Assembly (NCBI GenBank): GCA_016186955.1
Contig: JACPKP010000006.1
Span: 4,055-68,054, forward strand
Direction of reading: 5' to 3'
From: Candidatus Daviesbacteria bacterium
GTDB lineage: Bacteria > Patescibacteriota > Microgenomatia > Daviesbacterales > UBA10151
Length of the DNA: 64,000 nucleotides
Numbering within the stretch: position 1 is the first letter of the stretch; every line of letters begins with the position of its first letter. This document shows, piece after piece, positions 50,191 through 60,788 of this stretch. Position numbers and translations under genes: made by a program. The notes under the pieces are model-generated. The model was not told the origin of the DNA. It was given only the letters and a program-made list of their open reading frames with translations, and did not search any database.

Positions 50191-52317
50191 ATGAATCTGA
50201 ACTCCTCCTTATTATCTATACCCGGCATTGGCTCATATTTTTCCTGGAAGCTTAAAAAGTTAAATTTAAATACCCTGGAAGATTTAATTTATCACTTTCC
50301 TTTCCGCTATGATGATTTTTCGGCAATAAAACACACCCTGGAAGCACAAATTGGGGACAAAGTGACAATTATCGGGGAGGTCTGGTCAATTAAAAATATC
50401 TATACCAGATACGGTAAAGTTTTAACCCAGGCAATTTTCAATGACGGGACATCGCCGGTAACTTTAACCTGGTTTAACTCCGCCTGGCTTACCAAACAAA
50501 TTAAAGCAGGGGACAGGCTGCAAGTCTCCGGAAAAATCAGCAAATACAAAAACCGTTTCTCAATAATGATGCCTGTTTGGGAGAAGATTTCCGAAATCCG
50601 AAATAATACGCCCGCTTCGCGAACGAAATCCGAAATCCGAAATCCGTTGCATACCGGCAGGCTGGTCCCGGTTTATCCTGAAACTGAAGGGTTGTCTTCA
50701 AAATGGTTAAGGGCAAAGATATCTTTTTTCCTGCCAAAAATATTACCCCAGATAGAAGACCCGTTGCCCAACCGAATAAAAGAAAACATGCTTGATTTAA
50801 CTAAAGCGCTGGGACAGGTGCATTTCCCTTCTTCCTGGGGAGAAATTGAAAAAGCAAGGCAACGTTTAGGTTTTGATGAACTGTTTTATCTCCAATTGGC
50901 TACTTTAAAATCCCGCCATGACTGGGAGTTGAAACCCACAATTGAAAAATTTCAAATTTCAAATTTCAAATTCCAAATTGTCAATTTTTTGGACAATCTT
51001 CCTTTTAAATTAACTACCGCCCAACAAAAAGTTATTGATGAGATCATGGTGGATTTTGAAAAAACTACTCCCATGAACAGGCTGGTGCAGGGCGAGGTGG
51101 GATCCGGAAAAACAGTTGTGGCGGCGGCCGCTGCTTTCATTGCATACCTGAACGGTTTTAAAACCCTTTATATGGCGCCAACGGAAATTTTAGCTTTTCA
51201 GCATTACACAACCTTAAGCGATCTTTTTAAATCCTTTAGCGTAGGGGTGGGGATTTATACCGGGTCAAGAAAATTTACATCCTCGTCATTGCGAGCGAAG
51301 CGAAGCAATCTCAAAAAAAAGATTGCTTCTTCGCCTTCGGCTCCTCGCAATGACGTTCCTGATATCATAGTCGGAACCCATGCATTGCTTTCATCTAAAC
51401 TTCCTACTGAAAATGTGGGGCTTGTGATTGTTGATGAACAGCAACGCTTTGGTGTGGAACAGCGCTCGCTTTTGCGCTCAAAAGCCAAGGTGCCGCATTT
51501 TTTAACAATGACCGCAACCCCAATCCCCAGGACTGTTGCCCTAACTTTATACGGGGATTTGGATTTATCAATAATTGACAAACTTCCAAAGGGCAGAAAG
51601 AAGGTTAAAACATATGTAGTCCCCAACAAAAAACGCTCTGATGCTTATAAATTTATAGAAAAAAAGGTGCGGGCAGGCGGCCAGGTCTATATTATTACCC
51701 CTTTAATTGAGGAGTCAGAGACTATGCTGGCTGTAAAAGCGGTCAAGGTTGAATTTGAAAGGTTGAAAAAAGAGATCTTCCCGAAACTTAATTTAGGGCT
51801 TTTGCATGGCAGACTCAAATCAAAAGAAAAAGAGCAGGTTATCAGTGATTTTAAAGACGGTAAAATTAATATCCTGGTATCAACATCAGTAGTAGAGGTG
51901 GGGGTTGATGTTAAAAATGCCACTATTATGCTAATTGAAGGCGCGGAAAGATTTGGGCTGGCACAACTCCATCAGCTCCGGGGCAGGGTAGGAAGGGAAG
52001 AAAAACAGTCGTATTGCCTGCTCTTTCCGTCAACCGAAGAATCATCAATTAAATCCAGGTTGAAAAACCTGGAGCGGATTTTTGACGGGTTGAAACTTGC
52101 TGAGCTTGACCTGAAGATCAGGGGGTCAGGGGAGATTTTCGGCGCCAGGCAATCAGGCAGGTTTGAACTGAAAATCGCCAGCTTTCAAGACCTTAACCTG
52201 ATAGAAAAAACCAGGGCTGCAGCCAAACAAATTTTGGCAGAGGATTCAACACTTGCCAAGTACCCACAACTTGCGCTAAAATTAGAAACTATAACATCAG
52301 GCGCAATGCCTGATTGA
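50191..52317 (+). CDS. recG: ATP-dependent DNA helicase RecG
   Basis: QGEVGSGKT, DEQQRFG, MTATPIPRT, QLHQLRGRVGR. Confidence 0.98.
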   Translation: MNLNSSLLSIPGIGSYFSWKLKKLNLNTLEDLIYHFPFRYDDFSAIKHTLEAQIGDKVTIIGEVWSIKNIYTRYGKVLTQAIFNDGTSPVTLTWFNSAWLTKQIKAGDRLQVSGKISKYKNRFSIMMPVWEKISEIRNNTPASRTKSEIRNPLHTGRLVPVYPETEGLSSKWLRAKISFFLPKILPQIEDPLPNRIKENMLDLTKALGQVHFPSSWGEIEKARQRLGFDELFYLQLATLKSRHDWELKPTIEKFQISNFKFQIVNFLDNLPFKLTTAQQKVIDEIMVDFEKTTPMNRLVQGEVGSGKTVVAAAAAFIAYLNGFKTLYMAPTEILAFQHYTTLSDLFKSFSVGVGIYTGSRKFTSSSLRAKRSNLKKKIASSPSAPRNDVPDIIVGTHALLSSKLPTENVGLVIVDEQQRFGVEQRSLLRSKAKVPHFLTMTATPIPRTVALTLYGDLDLSIIDKLPKGRKKVKTYVVPNKKRSDAYKFIEKKVRAGGQVYIITPLIEESETMLAVKAVKVEFERLKKEIFPKLNLGLLHGRLKSKEKEQVISDFKDGKINILVSTSVVEVGVDVKNATIMLIEGAERFGLAQLHQLRGRVGREEKQSYCLLFPSTEESSIKSRLKNLERIFDGLKLAELDLKIRGSGEIFGARQSGRFELKIASFQDLNLIEKTRAAAKQILAEDSTLAKYPQLALKLETITSGAMPD

Positions 52318-52323
52318 TACTTT

Positions 52324-52527
52324 ATGCCGCAGGAACCAAAGAAAAAACATTCTAAAGCAAGAAAGCGCACAAGACGAGCCTCTATTATTTTGGAGGCTGT
52401 AGATTTGGTGGCCTGCAAAAACTGCAACCAAAAGACCCTGGCTCACATGGCCTGCAGAAACTGCGGCTTTTACGCCGGAAAAAATATATTGAATATTAAG
52501 AAAAAAGCTGTTGTAATGCGCGCCTAG
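52324..52527 (+). CDS. rpmF: 50S ribosomal protein L32
   Basis: PKKKHSKAR, CxxC...H..CxxCG.Y. Confidence 0.95.
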   Translation: MPQEPKKKHSKARKRTRRASIILEAVDLVACKNCNQKTLAHMACRNCGFYAGKNILNIKKKAVVMRA

Positions 52528-52896
52528 ATGAAAACATCAAATGACCCAAGGCATCTGCAAAGAATAAAGGTCATGCAGGAACTTTTTGCCTGGAATTTTA
52601 AAAAAAATAGCGCTCCGGGGAGTGAAACGGGGAAAAAAATAGTCAGCAACCTAGCACAAATTGATTTATTAATCCAATCATCTGCACCCTCCTGGCCTCT
52701 GGATAAAATTAACAGGGTGGATTTGGCAATTTTGCGCCTGGCTGTTTATGAGCTTATGCTGGACAAAAAAAATCCGCTTAAGGTCATTATAGACGAAGCT
52801 GTGGAACTTGCCAAAGAGTTTGGAGGAGAATCTTCCCCCTCTTTTATCAATGGCGCTTTAGGTAAACTTATCACTGACAATCAAATCATGGTATAA
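52528..52896 (+). CDS. nusB: transcription antitermination factor NusB
   Basis: DLAILRLAVYE, EAVELAKEFG, FINGAL. Confidence 0.95.
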   Translation: MKTSNDPRHLQRIKVMQELFAWNFKKNSAPGSETGKKIVSNLAQIDLLIQSSAPSWPLDKINRVDLAILRLAVYELMLDKKNPLKVIIDEAVELAKEFGGESSPSFINGALGKLITDNQIMV

Positions 52897-52954
52897 TACC
52901 CCCTTGACTTACCTTAACAATATTGCGTAAGTTTAAGAAAGCATACCCGCCAAT

Positions 52955-53185
52955 ATGCAACAACAAGTTATTGAGGAAATTGCAAAACATTTAGGAATTA
53001 CCGCAGCTGACATAGATCCAAGCGCTTCTTTGGGTGAAGACTTGGGAATAGGTCCGGTTGAACTGACAGACCTGTTATCTGCAATCGCTGTTAAATTTAA
53101 AGTAAATTTTGAGCCTTCAGAACTGGAAGGGCTGAGAACAGTCAATGATATCGTGGTAATGGTTGAAGACCAAAGCTTGGAATAA
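52955..53185 (+). CDS. acyl carrier protein-like, lacking the phosphopantetheine Ser
   Basis: ACP-like pattern (EDLG, TVNDIV) upstream of rnc; GPV in place of DSL. Confidence 0.75.
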   Translation: MQQQVIEEIAKHLGITAADIDPSASLGEDLGIGPVELTDLLSAIAVKFKVNFEPSELEGLRTVNDIVVMVEDQSLE

Positions 53186-53850
53186 TGTTTAATGAGGACT
53201 TGCTTAAAAAGAAAATCTACCAGACCGCCTTCACCCACCGTTCTTTTTTAAACGAGAACAAGAAGGCAACTGAGTCTAACGAAAGGCTGGAATTTTTGGG
53301 GGACAGCGTACTGTCACTGATCATCTCCTCTTTCCTGTATAATTCACGCCCGCAAGATGCAGAGGGGGATTTAACAAACCTACGGTCATTTATAGTCAAA
53401 ACCCAATCGTTGGCAAAAGCTGCAAGGTCGTTGGACCTCGGAAAATTCCTGGGGTTATCAAAAGGCGAAGAGATGTCCGGAGGAAGGGAAAATACCCAGA
53501 TTCTCGCCAATACCTTTGAAGCCTTCTTGGGGGCTATTTATCTTGACCAAGGACTGGAGGCTGCAAGAAGGTTTATTGAAGATAACCTGCTGCCCTTTTT
53601 TACAGAAGAGCTTAAAAGCGGACCTCCCAAAGACGCTAAATCAATGCTTCAAGAGCTTACCCAAACAAAAACAAAGCAATCACCCAAATACAAAATTATC
53701 CAAACCTTTGGTCCTGACCATGCCAAAGAATTTAAAGTGGGGGCCTTTTTACAAAACCGCCAGATCGGGGAGGGTAGCGGACCGAGCAAGCAGGTGGCGG
53801 AGGAACAAGCTGCCAACAAAGCTTTGGATTTTTTCACCAAACAGGATTAG
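53185..53850 (+). CDS. rnc: ribonuclease III
   Basis: NERLEFLGDSVL; dsRBD. Confidence 0.97.
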   Translation: MFNEDLLKKKIYQTAFTHRSFLNENKKATESNERLEFLGDSVLSLIISSFLYNSRPQDAEGDLTNLRSFIVKTQSLAKAARSLDLGKFLGLSKGEEMSGGRENTQILANTFEAFLGAIYLDQGLEAARRFIEDNLLPFFTEELKSGPPKDAKSMLQELTQTKTKQSPKYKIIQTFGPDHAKEFKVGAFLQNRQIGEGSGPSKQVAEEQAANKALDFFTKQD

Positions 53851-53907
53851 TGCTTGCTCTTCTCTCAATATCAGGCTATAATTTTAGGGTTAGAAATAGG
53901 ATATCAT

Positions 53908-54297
53908 ATGCTAAAGATTAGACTCATGCGAATAGGTGCGAAAAAACGACCATTTTACCGGGTGGTGGCTGTTGATGAGAGAAATAAACGGACAGGGGGT
54001 TATCTTGAACTACTGGGAACCTATAACCCAATTAGCAACCCTCATGAAATAAATTTAAAACAGGACCGGATTGATGAATGGTTCAAAAAAGGCGCCCAGC
54101 CATCAGACGGTTTTTTGCGGATAATTGGTAAAGCGCCCCAAAGGCTGCCAAGAAAACCAAAGAAAACAGCAGTCAACCTTCAGGTTCCAAAATCAACTGA
54201 GCAAAAACCTTTAGCTACCAATACACAGTCTGATGAGAACAACCCTGAAAAAGAGCAAGACCAGAAAATAGGTTTATCAGAACCATCTTTAGAATAA
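53908..54297 (+). CDS. rpsP: 30S ribosomal protein S16
   Basis: MLKIRLMRIGAKKRPFYR. Confidence 0.97.
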   Translation: MLKIRLMRIGAKKRPFYRVVAVDERNKRTGGYLELLGTYNPISNPHEINLKQDRIDEWFKKGAQPSDGFLRIIGKAPQRLPRKPKKTAVNLQVPKSTEQKPLATNTQSDENNPEKEQDQKIGLSEPSLE

Positions 54298-54593
54298 TGA
54301 AAGACCTTGTAGAATATATCGTTAAACAGATTGTCAACAACCCTGATGACGTATCAGTAGACGAGGAAAACAGTGAGGGCAGGGTCAATTTAACTCTTGG
54401 TGTAAATCCTGAAGATATGGGCATAGTAATCGGTAAAGGCGGACATACTATTAAAGCGATCCGCAAGCTTTTAATCATACGGGCTATGGCAGACAACAGT
54501 CTGGTAAATTTACAGCTTGCTGAACCTGCAGATAGCGGCAAGAATCCAACCGCCAAAGACAAACCCGGTCAAGGGCAGGAAGAACCGGCTTAA
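54297..54593 (+). CDS. khpA: KH-domain RNA-binding protein
   Basis: DMGIVIGKGGHTIKAIR; position after rpsP. Confidence 0.9.
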   Translation: MKDLVEYIVKQIVNNPDDVSVDEENSEGRVNLTLGVNPEDMGIVIGKGGHTIKAIRKLLIIRAMADNSLVNLQLAEPADSGKNPTAKDKPGQGQEEPA

Positions 54594-54621
54594 ACCCTGG
54601 ATGATGATACCCGGCCCAGCT

Positions 54622-55299
54622 ATGAAGATTTCCATCATAACTTTATTTCCGGAAATTTTTCTTCCTGTATTTAACTCTTCAATTTTAGGAAGGGCGCAAA
54701 AAAAGGGTAAGGTAGCGTTTGAAATGATCAATTTACGGGATTTTGGCCAGGGGAGACATAAAACAGTTGATGATAAACCATACGGCGGAGGGGTAGGCAT
54801 GGTACTGAAAGTTGACGTACTGGCTAAAGCTTTAAATTCAGCGGCAAGAGTCCAGAGTCCAGAGTCCAGGGTAATTTTGATGTCCGCCTCCGGTAAAACT
54901 TTTAACCAAACAAAGGCGAAGAGCCTTTCCAAGCGCAAACAATTAATTATTGTTTGCGGGCATTACGAGGGTGTAGACCAAAGGTTTATTGACAAATACA
55001 TTGACGAGGAGATATCGATAGGTGATTATATCTTAACCGGGGGAGAAATTCCCGCCATGGCTGTAATTGATTCCCTCACCAGACTTTTACCGGGTGTTTT
55101 AGAAAAACCAGAAGCTACTAAAAAAGAGAGTTTTGAAAATGGGTTGCTGGAACATCCCCAATATACCAGGCCGGAAACTTTCAAGGGCATGAAAGTACCC
55201 AAGGTGTTACTCTCGGGAAACCATGCAAAAATAGCAAACTGGCAGGATGAAAAATCCCGCCAAAAAACTAATAAAGTCCGTCCTGACCTCTTGGGGTAA
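54622..55299 (+). CDS. trmD: tRNA (guanine-N1)-methyltransferase
   Basis: VDDKPYGGG, CGHYEGVDQR, SIGDYILTGGE. Confidence 0.98.
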   Translation: MKISIITLFPEIFLPVFNSSILGRAQKKGKVAFEMINLRDFGQGRHKTVDDKPYGGGVGMVLKVDVLAKALNSAARVQSPESRVILMSASGKTFNQTKAKSLSKRKQLIIVCGHYEGVDQRFIDKYIDEEISIGDYILTGGEIPAMAVIDSLTRLLPGVLEKPEATKKESFENGLLEHPQYTRPETFKGMKVPKVLLSGNHAKIANWQDEKSRQKTNKVRPDLLG

Positions 55300-55310
55300 T
55301 TCTTTTTCAA

Positions 55311-56618
55311 ATGGCTTCCAGAATTGAAAAATGGCTTAAAATTGACAAATCAATACCACAAAGGATTGCTGTGTTAGAAAGTAAATATGCTGAGCTTTAT
55401 GGTAAAAACCCCCGCAACCATACAGTCTTTCTGACGCCGGGAAGAGCTGAGGCTTTGGGAGGGCATACAGATTATAATGAAGGTTTTACAATCTCCGCCA
55501 ATATCCCGCAAAACCTGCTTATTCTGGGTGAGGCAAGAGAGGATAACATAGGTTTGGTAAACTCCTTAAATCAAGACAACTCAGTTATTCCTTTTACGGT
55601 TGATGGAAAAAAACTTATTCTGGAGAAATCAAATCCAGGAGATAAGGATGCATGGTCAAATTACATTAAAGGGGTTGTTTGGGGCCTGTTAAAATACGGT
55701 ATACCGCTAAAGGGTTTTAATGCAGTTTTAGAAAGTACTATCCCAACAGGGGCGGGCGTCAGCTCTTCTGCTGCCATAGAAGTAGCTGCCGCCAAGCTTG
55801 CAGTTGGCTTATCCAAGGCAGAAATAACAGACCTGGAACTTGTTAAGGTATGCAGGGAGGCTGAAAACAGTTATGTTGGAGTCCCATGCGGATATTTGGA
55901 CCAGGCAACGATCACTTTATCCGATGGCAACTGGCTTTTTATAAGCCACAGAGCAGATGAAAATCTGCCGTTTACCTTTAAAAATATACCTTTGGATTTA
56001 CAAGCCCTAGGCCTGTCTATGGTGGTCGGGTTTGACCCGGAAATCAAACATATCCTCACAGAAGGTAAATTTAAAGCCCGGAAAAAAGCATGCGATTATT
56101 CAATCTTGATACTCCAAGAGCTTTTAGGAGAAAAGGTTGTATCTCTGCGTGATGTTTCCCCGAAAAAACTCCAGCCCTTCTATAACAAACTGTCCGGTAA
56201 GCTTGGGGAAAGAAGAGCCAGGTGGATCAAACATATTGTTGAGGAAAATGAACGCGTCAAAAAAGCGGCAAATGCTTTAATAAAAGGGGATACAATAACC
56301 ATGGGAAAACTGATGACAATTGCCGGGAAAAGCGCAATTTTCGGTTATGAGCTTGGTGAAGATACCGATGAATTGGGATTTGTTTATAACCTAGTTGTCA
56401 AAGAAAAAAAGGCTTGGGGAGTCAAAGGCATCAGGAATATGGGAGGGGGTTTCAACCCGACAACTATTGCTTTGATAGAAACGGACAAGGTGGAAAGGTA
56501 TAAGGAGTCTGTTTCAAAATATTATCAGGCGGCTTTCAAAAGGGAGTACCGGCTATTCGATTTTATACCTGCACCAGCTACAGTAAGGCTTAAAATGGAT
56601 TCATTGGAAAGGATTTGA
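55311..56618 (+). CDS. galK: galactokinase family (GHMP) kinase
   Basis: PGR..LGGHTDYN, IPTGAGVSSSAA, CGYLDQ, MGGGF. Confidence 0.85.
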   Translation: MASRIEKWLKIDKSIPQRIAVLESKYAELYGKNPRNHTVFLTPGRAEALGGHTDYNEGFTISANIPQNLLILGEAREDNIGLVNSLNQDNSVIPFTVDGKKLILEKSNPGDKDAWSNYIKGVVWGLLKYGIPLKGFNAVLESTIPTGAGVSSSAAIEVAAAKLAVGLSKAEITDLELVKVCREAENSYVGVPCGYLDQATITLSDGNWLFISHRADENLPFTFKNIPLDLQALGLSMVVGFDPEIKHILTEGKFKARKKACDYSILILQELLGEKVVSLRDVSPKKLQPFYNKLSGKLGERRARWIKHIVEENERVKKAANALIKGDTITMGKLMTIAGKSAIFGYELGEDTDELGFVYNLVVKEKKAWGVKGIRNMGGGFNPTTIALIETDKVERYKESVSKYYQAAFKREYRLFDFIPAPATVRLKMDSLERI

Positions 56619-57332
56619 TTTCCCCTTAGCGCCTGTGACTTCTTCTGATTCTATAATTGGAGTGTTTTTCTGGAAATTTTTAATTTGTGCAAGCAGGGCT
56701 TCTTCATCTGTAGAAAGCGATGAAACAGGCTGGTCAATATTCCCAATACTGGTGGGCACACCCTGATAAAAAGCAGCCAGTGTGAGCGTAACCTGAATAT
56801 TATTGGAAGCCCTCCCTCCGGTTATGTCCAATTGGTTGATTTTCATAACACGGGCAGCATCCTTGACCTTTAATATAAATTCTTTTAGCGCACTTACTTC
56901 ACCGGTGGCTGTTATATTAATCACATAATCGGAAATTTTATCACTTGAGGGTTGTGCATTGCCGGATATGGCAAAATTCATATCATCAAGCTGCATTTTA
57001 CTGCTTTGTAATAAAAACAACAGCTGGTTGGCTGCACCCGGGACATCTTTTTCAGCAGGGACAGCAGCCAAAGCTAATTTGAAATTATCCTGATATAAAG
57101 CTTTATCAGTTTGCCTCAAAATATCCAGTTTTTTACTTAAAGTGTCATTCCTGATATTTATATCTTTTATCAGTTTATTGGTTTCGTTTAAGGATTTAAT
57201 ATGGGGTACAATAATTAAAATGATTAAAATTAAACACACCAAAGCAGAGAAAACAGGCACTACCATCACCTTGTACCGGGACAGTGCGGGGTTTGAAAAA
57301 ACTTCACTCAACTGTTCTTTAATCCTATTCAT
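56601..57332 (-). CDS. pilO: type IV pilus assembly protein PilO-like
   Basis: TM + coiled coil; follows pilM-pilN; ends GKSNPF. Confidence 0.75.
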   Translation of the reverse strand: MNRIKEQLSEVFSNPALSRYKVMVVPVFSALVCLILIILIIVPHIKSLNETNKLIKDINIRNDTLSKKLDILRQTDKALYQDNFKLALAAVPAEKDVPGAANQLLFLLQSSKMQLDDMNFAISGNAQPSSDKISDYVINITATGEVSALKEFILKVKDAARVMKINQLDITGGRASNNIQVTLTLAAFYQGVPTSIGNIDQPVSSLSTDEEALLAQIKNFQKNTPIIESEEVTGAKGKSNPFQ

Positions 57333-57892
57333 GTTTTGGCCTTTGCACCGGCTAAGATAATTGTTAAATCGAATCTGATATTGCCATTTGCCCCCCTGCT
57401 TAGGTTATCAACTTTGGCTGCAGCTATCTTACCTTCGTTTACCGAAGAGTCTGTCAGGTTACCAAAAAAAGTTTCCAGGGCCAATATGTTGGTCGTATCA
57501 CCTGAAAATGAAGTCTGCCCGTTTTTTCCTATACTAAAAGTTAACATCCTGATATCTGCCGGCATTAAAGCTACAATCAAATTAAAAGACTGTGGCGGTA
57601 GTGAATCCTGCTCGTTCAAAGAGCTGATGCTTTTCAACCTATTTTTAAGCACAAAGCTTAGGATTTCTTCTTCGTGTAAAAAACTGACCTGTTCTTTGGT
57701 ATTGTTTAATTTCTTTTCTGCTTCAGATAATTTTAAACGCTGGTAGATTTCCATCCCTAAAATTGTGGCGCTCAAAATTATTGTCAGAACAAGAAACAAT
57801 ATGGAAATCCGTAGTATTTTTTTTCTACTGACTTTTTCTTTAATTGAAACACCTATCTCCGGAGGCAGAAGATTGATTGAAATATTTGCCAT
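57329..57892 (-). CDS. pilN: type IV pilus assembly protein PilN
   Basis: INLLP motif + TM. Confidence 0.85.
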   Translation of the reverse strand: MANISINLLPPEIGVSIKEKVSRKKILRISILFLVLTIILSATILGMEIYQRLKLSEAEKKLNNTKEQVSFLHEEEILSFVLKNRLKSISSLNEQDSLPPQSFNLIVALMPADIRMLTFSIGKNGQTSFSGDTTNILALETFFGNLTDSSVNEGKIAAAKVDNLSRGANGNIRFDLTIILAGAKAKT

Positions 57893-58930
57893 TTATATTT
57901 GTTTTAAAGCTAAACCCACGGCTACTGAATAGAGTGGGCCTTCTGTAGCCAGTTTACCTTTTAGGCTGGGGTCTATATTTATAGTAGACCAGGGGTCAGC
58001 TTCCTGAACTTCCAATTCTAAAACACTGGTGAAATACCTGACTAACCCGGGTAATTGTGAACCACCCCCTGTTAATACCACCCTTTTGACAGGTATCTGG
58101 CGGTTTTGGATCTCATGGGCCTGGATGACCCTTTTGCCTTCTGCGGCAATTACATCAATAATCGGCCTTATTATCTGGAATAGTTTCCCCTCAAGCTGGT
58201 CTTCCAATAAACCATAAACTTTTTTATATTCTTCTGACTGGACTAGCTCAAAATTAAAATTTTGGGCGATGGCCCGGGTTAAGGCATTACCCCCGGTTGA
58301 AATTGACCTTGTTAAAAGTATCAGGTCTTCCGAGACAATTGCATAATCAGTGGTGGTTGCCCCCAGTTGAACTAGCAAAGTAGTCGGGGAATAAGGGTTA
58401 GTGCTGATCAACGATCTTGTTGCCGCAATGACCTCAGTCTCAATCACTACAGGTTTAAGTTCAGCTATCCCTAAAACTTTTAGGTATTTGTTGACTAACA
58501 TTTTAGAGGAGGCTATAACAAACACCACTGTCCTGCTTTTGGGCCCTTTTTGCGGAGAGCGGAAAATAACCTGGTAGTTTAGATTAACATCCTGCACCGG
58601 CATAGGCACAAACTCCTCAGCTGCAAAACGGATTGCCTGGCCAAGCTCATCATCAGACAGGTAAGGCAGGTCGTAAATCACCCGGGTAAAGATTCTGGAT
58701 TCAGGAAGGGCAATAATTACATCCTTGGTAGGCGCTTTTACTTCACTAACTAGGTTTTTGATGGCATTGGCTACAGCCTCTAAATCCAAATCCGAATCTG
58801 AAACAATACCCGGAGATGGTGATACCACATGACCTAAAGATACCAGTTTCTTATTTTTACCATCAGTTGACAGTACTACAACTTTTATGGAAGAGAAACC
58901 GATATCAAGCCCCATGGTTATTTTACCCAT
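57893..58930 (-). CDS. pilM: type IV pilus assembly protein PilM
   Basis: GLDIGFSSIK, LTGGGSQLPG, AVGLA. Confidence 0.93.
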   Translation of the reverse strand: MGKITMGLDIGFSSIKVVVLSTDGKNKKLVSLGHVVSPSPGIVSDSDLDLEAVANAIKNLVSEVKAPTKDVIIALPESRIFTRVIYDLPYLSDDELGQAIRFAAEEFVPMPVQDVNLNYQVIFRSPQKGPKSRTVVFVIASSKMLVNKYLKVLGIAELKPVVIETEVIAATRSLISTNPYSPTTLLVQLGATTTDYAIVSEDLILLTRSISTGGNALTRAIAQNFNFELVQSEEYKKVYGLLEDQLEGKLFQIIRPIIDVIAAEGKRVIQAHEIQNRQIPVKRVVLTGGGSQLPGLVRYFTSVLELEVQEADPWSTINIDPSLKGKLATEGPLYSVAVGLALKQI

Positions 58931-58977
58931 ATATCCATTTTAAACATAAATAAACCAAAAGATCAAACGGGATTTTT

Positions 58978-60786
58978 TTACTTTTTGATTTGGTAACTGC
59001 CTTTAACCAGGGTATAGCTGCCTGAAGGGCCGGCGGAAAAAAGGGTAGAAGCAAGGCCTGTTTCATATTCAATTATGGAGCTGTTTAGGACCTTTATCTT
59101 CCAACCGGTTAATTCTTTAAAAGTATTGCCTGTCCCAGGCTCTATAATACCATTATTGGCATAAAATACCCCTGAATTACCATTACTGTTAAATTTTATG
59201 GCTGAGATACCATTGGTCCTGGAATCATAGGTTGACAGCGCCATTACTAAGCTGCTTCCCTGGCCTGTCCCGTTTAAGTGGTTGTTGCTGTTTAAAGTTA
59301 TTATTCCTCCGCTTGAAGCATCACCCACAACTATAACCCCTGATGTTGTACCATAGCTTGAAGCAAGTGTAATAGTATTATGGCTGTCCATAGTCAGGTT
59401 ACCTGTAATCCATATAGGTGTGGTAATTGTGACATTACAGTTGCTACCCAAGTTAACACTGCCTACTATTTTTCCTGAAGCAAGGGTTGCAACACATCCT
59501 ACATCGCCAGTTCTTGTCTCAACCGCTGTAGCCTGGTTTTGCCATTCAATTATATTGGCTTCCGAAACTGGAAAAACCTTGGGCGGAGGGTCATCATATC
59601 CGGGATGTGACGTACCTGCTACAGTAGAATCAGCGATTGTTTTATAATAAGCATCACCCCCTATATCAGAACCTATAATTGTATTGGCATGTGCATTGCC
59701 TCCCACATCTATCGGTTGTTGCGGGTTTTCGCCCTCAAGTTTTGTAACTGACCCTCCCATATAGGTCTGAAAGCTTAAATCCCCGCTGAACGCATTCCAG
59801 GTTGGGTTGCCTGTATTCCAATTCGGGGACCATTTCGGCAAACCCCTGGTATAACCCTGGGCAATATCATTTTGCCATGACCAGTAATTAGAATTATTAG
59901 AGCTGGTGTCTAAAACAATCCAGTAGGTTGTTTCTGCAGTAAGTTTAGGGAGGGAGTTGAAAGTAACCTCTATCCAGCCGTAATCACCGGTAACCAAATT
60001 ACTATATAAACTTCCTGACGTTAAAACGCCGTTTTTATCCGGGCGCCCGCCTTGGTCTTCCATGATCCTAACTGTTATGTCCGGCGGATTGCCGAATTTT
60101 TTAATTTTTATCAGTACTTTATTGATGACTTCTGTAGTAGTCGGCTTAAAACTCTGAGCGATATCCAGCCTGTCATCACCTGAAACATTTTTCCCGAATA
60201 TAAAATCAGCACAGTTGGCCCCAACGCAATTCGGCTGCTGGTCCGCCTGAGGCTGAGTCCCTCCGGCAACCCAAGCATCACCGGTGATAACATTGTTATT
60301 GCCGGCTTCTATATTGCCATTTGAGTAAATCGACCCGTTGATAGTATTTGAGTTGCCCATCTCAAACCCCCCGGCGCCTATTTGCACCCCGTAAACAAAA
60401 GCTACCCCGATCCCCCTGGAAGCTTCAGCCTTAACTGTTTTCCTGCTTTTCGGGTTTGTTTTATTGGGTATATAACCGGTCGACTCAACTACTTTTGTCA
60501 CACCATCTGCTTTGGTGGTAATTATTGTGATATATTCACCGTCTCCAAAACTGATCCCGTTGGAACCGGTCCCTGAATAAGACCCGCCTGTTGTATTTAT
60601 CGAAGCTATGGCCTGATCCATCCCTGCTTCAGCAATATTTAAGGCTTTTTCAGAATTAATCGTATAGGTTGCATTCTGAAAGTAGAGCGTTGAACCGGCT
60701 ACAATCAGCAAGGTACCTAAAAATACAATCGATAAGGCGATCAAGGCCAGCACCAAAATTTGTCCTGACTGTGGATGGTTGTTCAT
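58978..60786 (-). CDS. large PilX-like minor pilin or adhesin
   Basis: QSG|QIL prepilin motif, ALNIAEAG. Confidence 0.8.
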   Translation of the reverse strand: MNNHPQSGQILVLALIALSIVFLGTLLIVAGSTLYFQNATYTINSEKALNIAEAGMDQAIASINTTGGSYSGTGSNGISFGDGEYITIITTKADGVTKVVESTGYIPNKTNPKSRKTVKAEASRGIGVAFVYGVQIGAGGFEMGNSNTINGSIYSNGNIEAGNNNVITGDAWVAGGTQPQADQQPNCVGANCADFIFGKNVSGDDRLDIAQSFKPTTTEVINKVLIKIKKFGNPPDITVRIMEDQGGRPDKNGVLTSGSLYSNLVTGDYGWIEVTFNSLPKLTAETTYWIVLDTSSNNSNYWSWQNDIAQGYTRGLPKWSPNWNTGNPTWNAFSGDLSFQTYMGGSVTKLEGENPQQPIDVGGNAHANTIIGSDIGGDAYYKTIADSTVAGTSHPGYDDPPPKVFPVSEANIIEWQNQATAVETRTGDVGCVATLASGKIVGSVNLGSNCNVTITTPIWITGNLTMDSHNTITLASSYGTTSGVIVVGDASSGGIITLNSNNHLNGTGQGSSLVMALSTYDSRTNGISAIKFNSNGNSGVFYANNGIIEPGTGNTFKELTGWKIKVLNSSIIEYETGLASTLFSAGPSGSYTLVKGSYQIKK

Positions 60787-60788
60787 TT

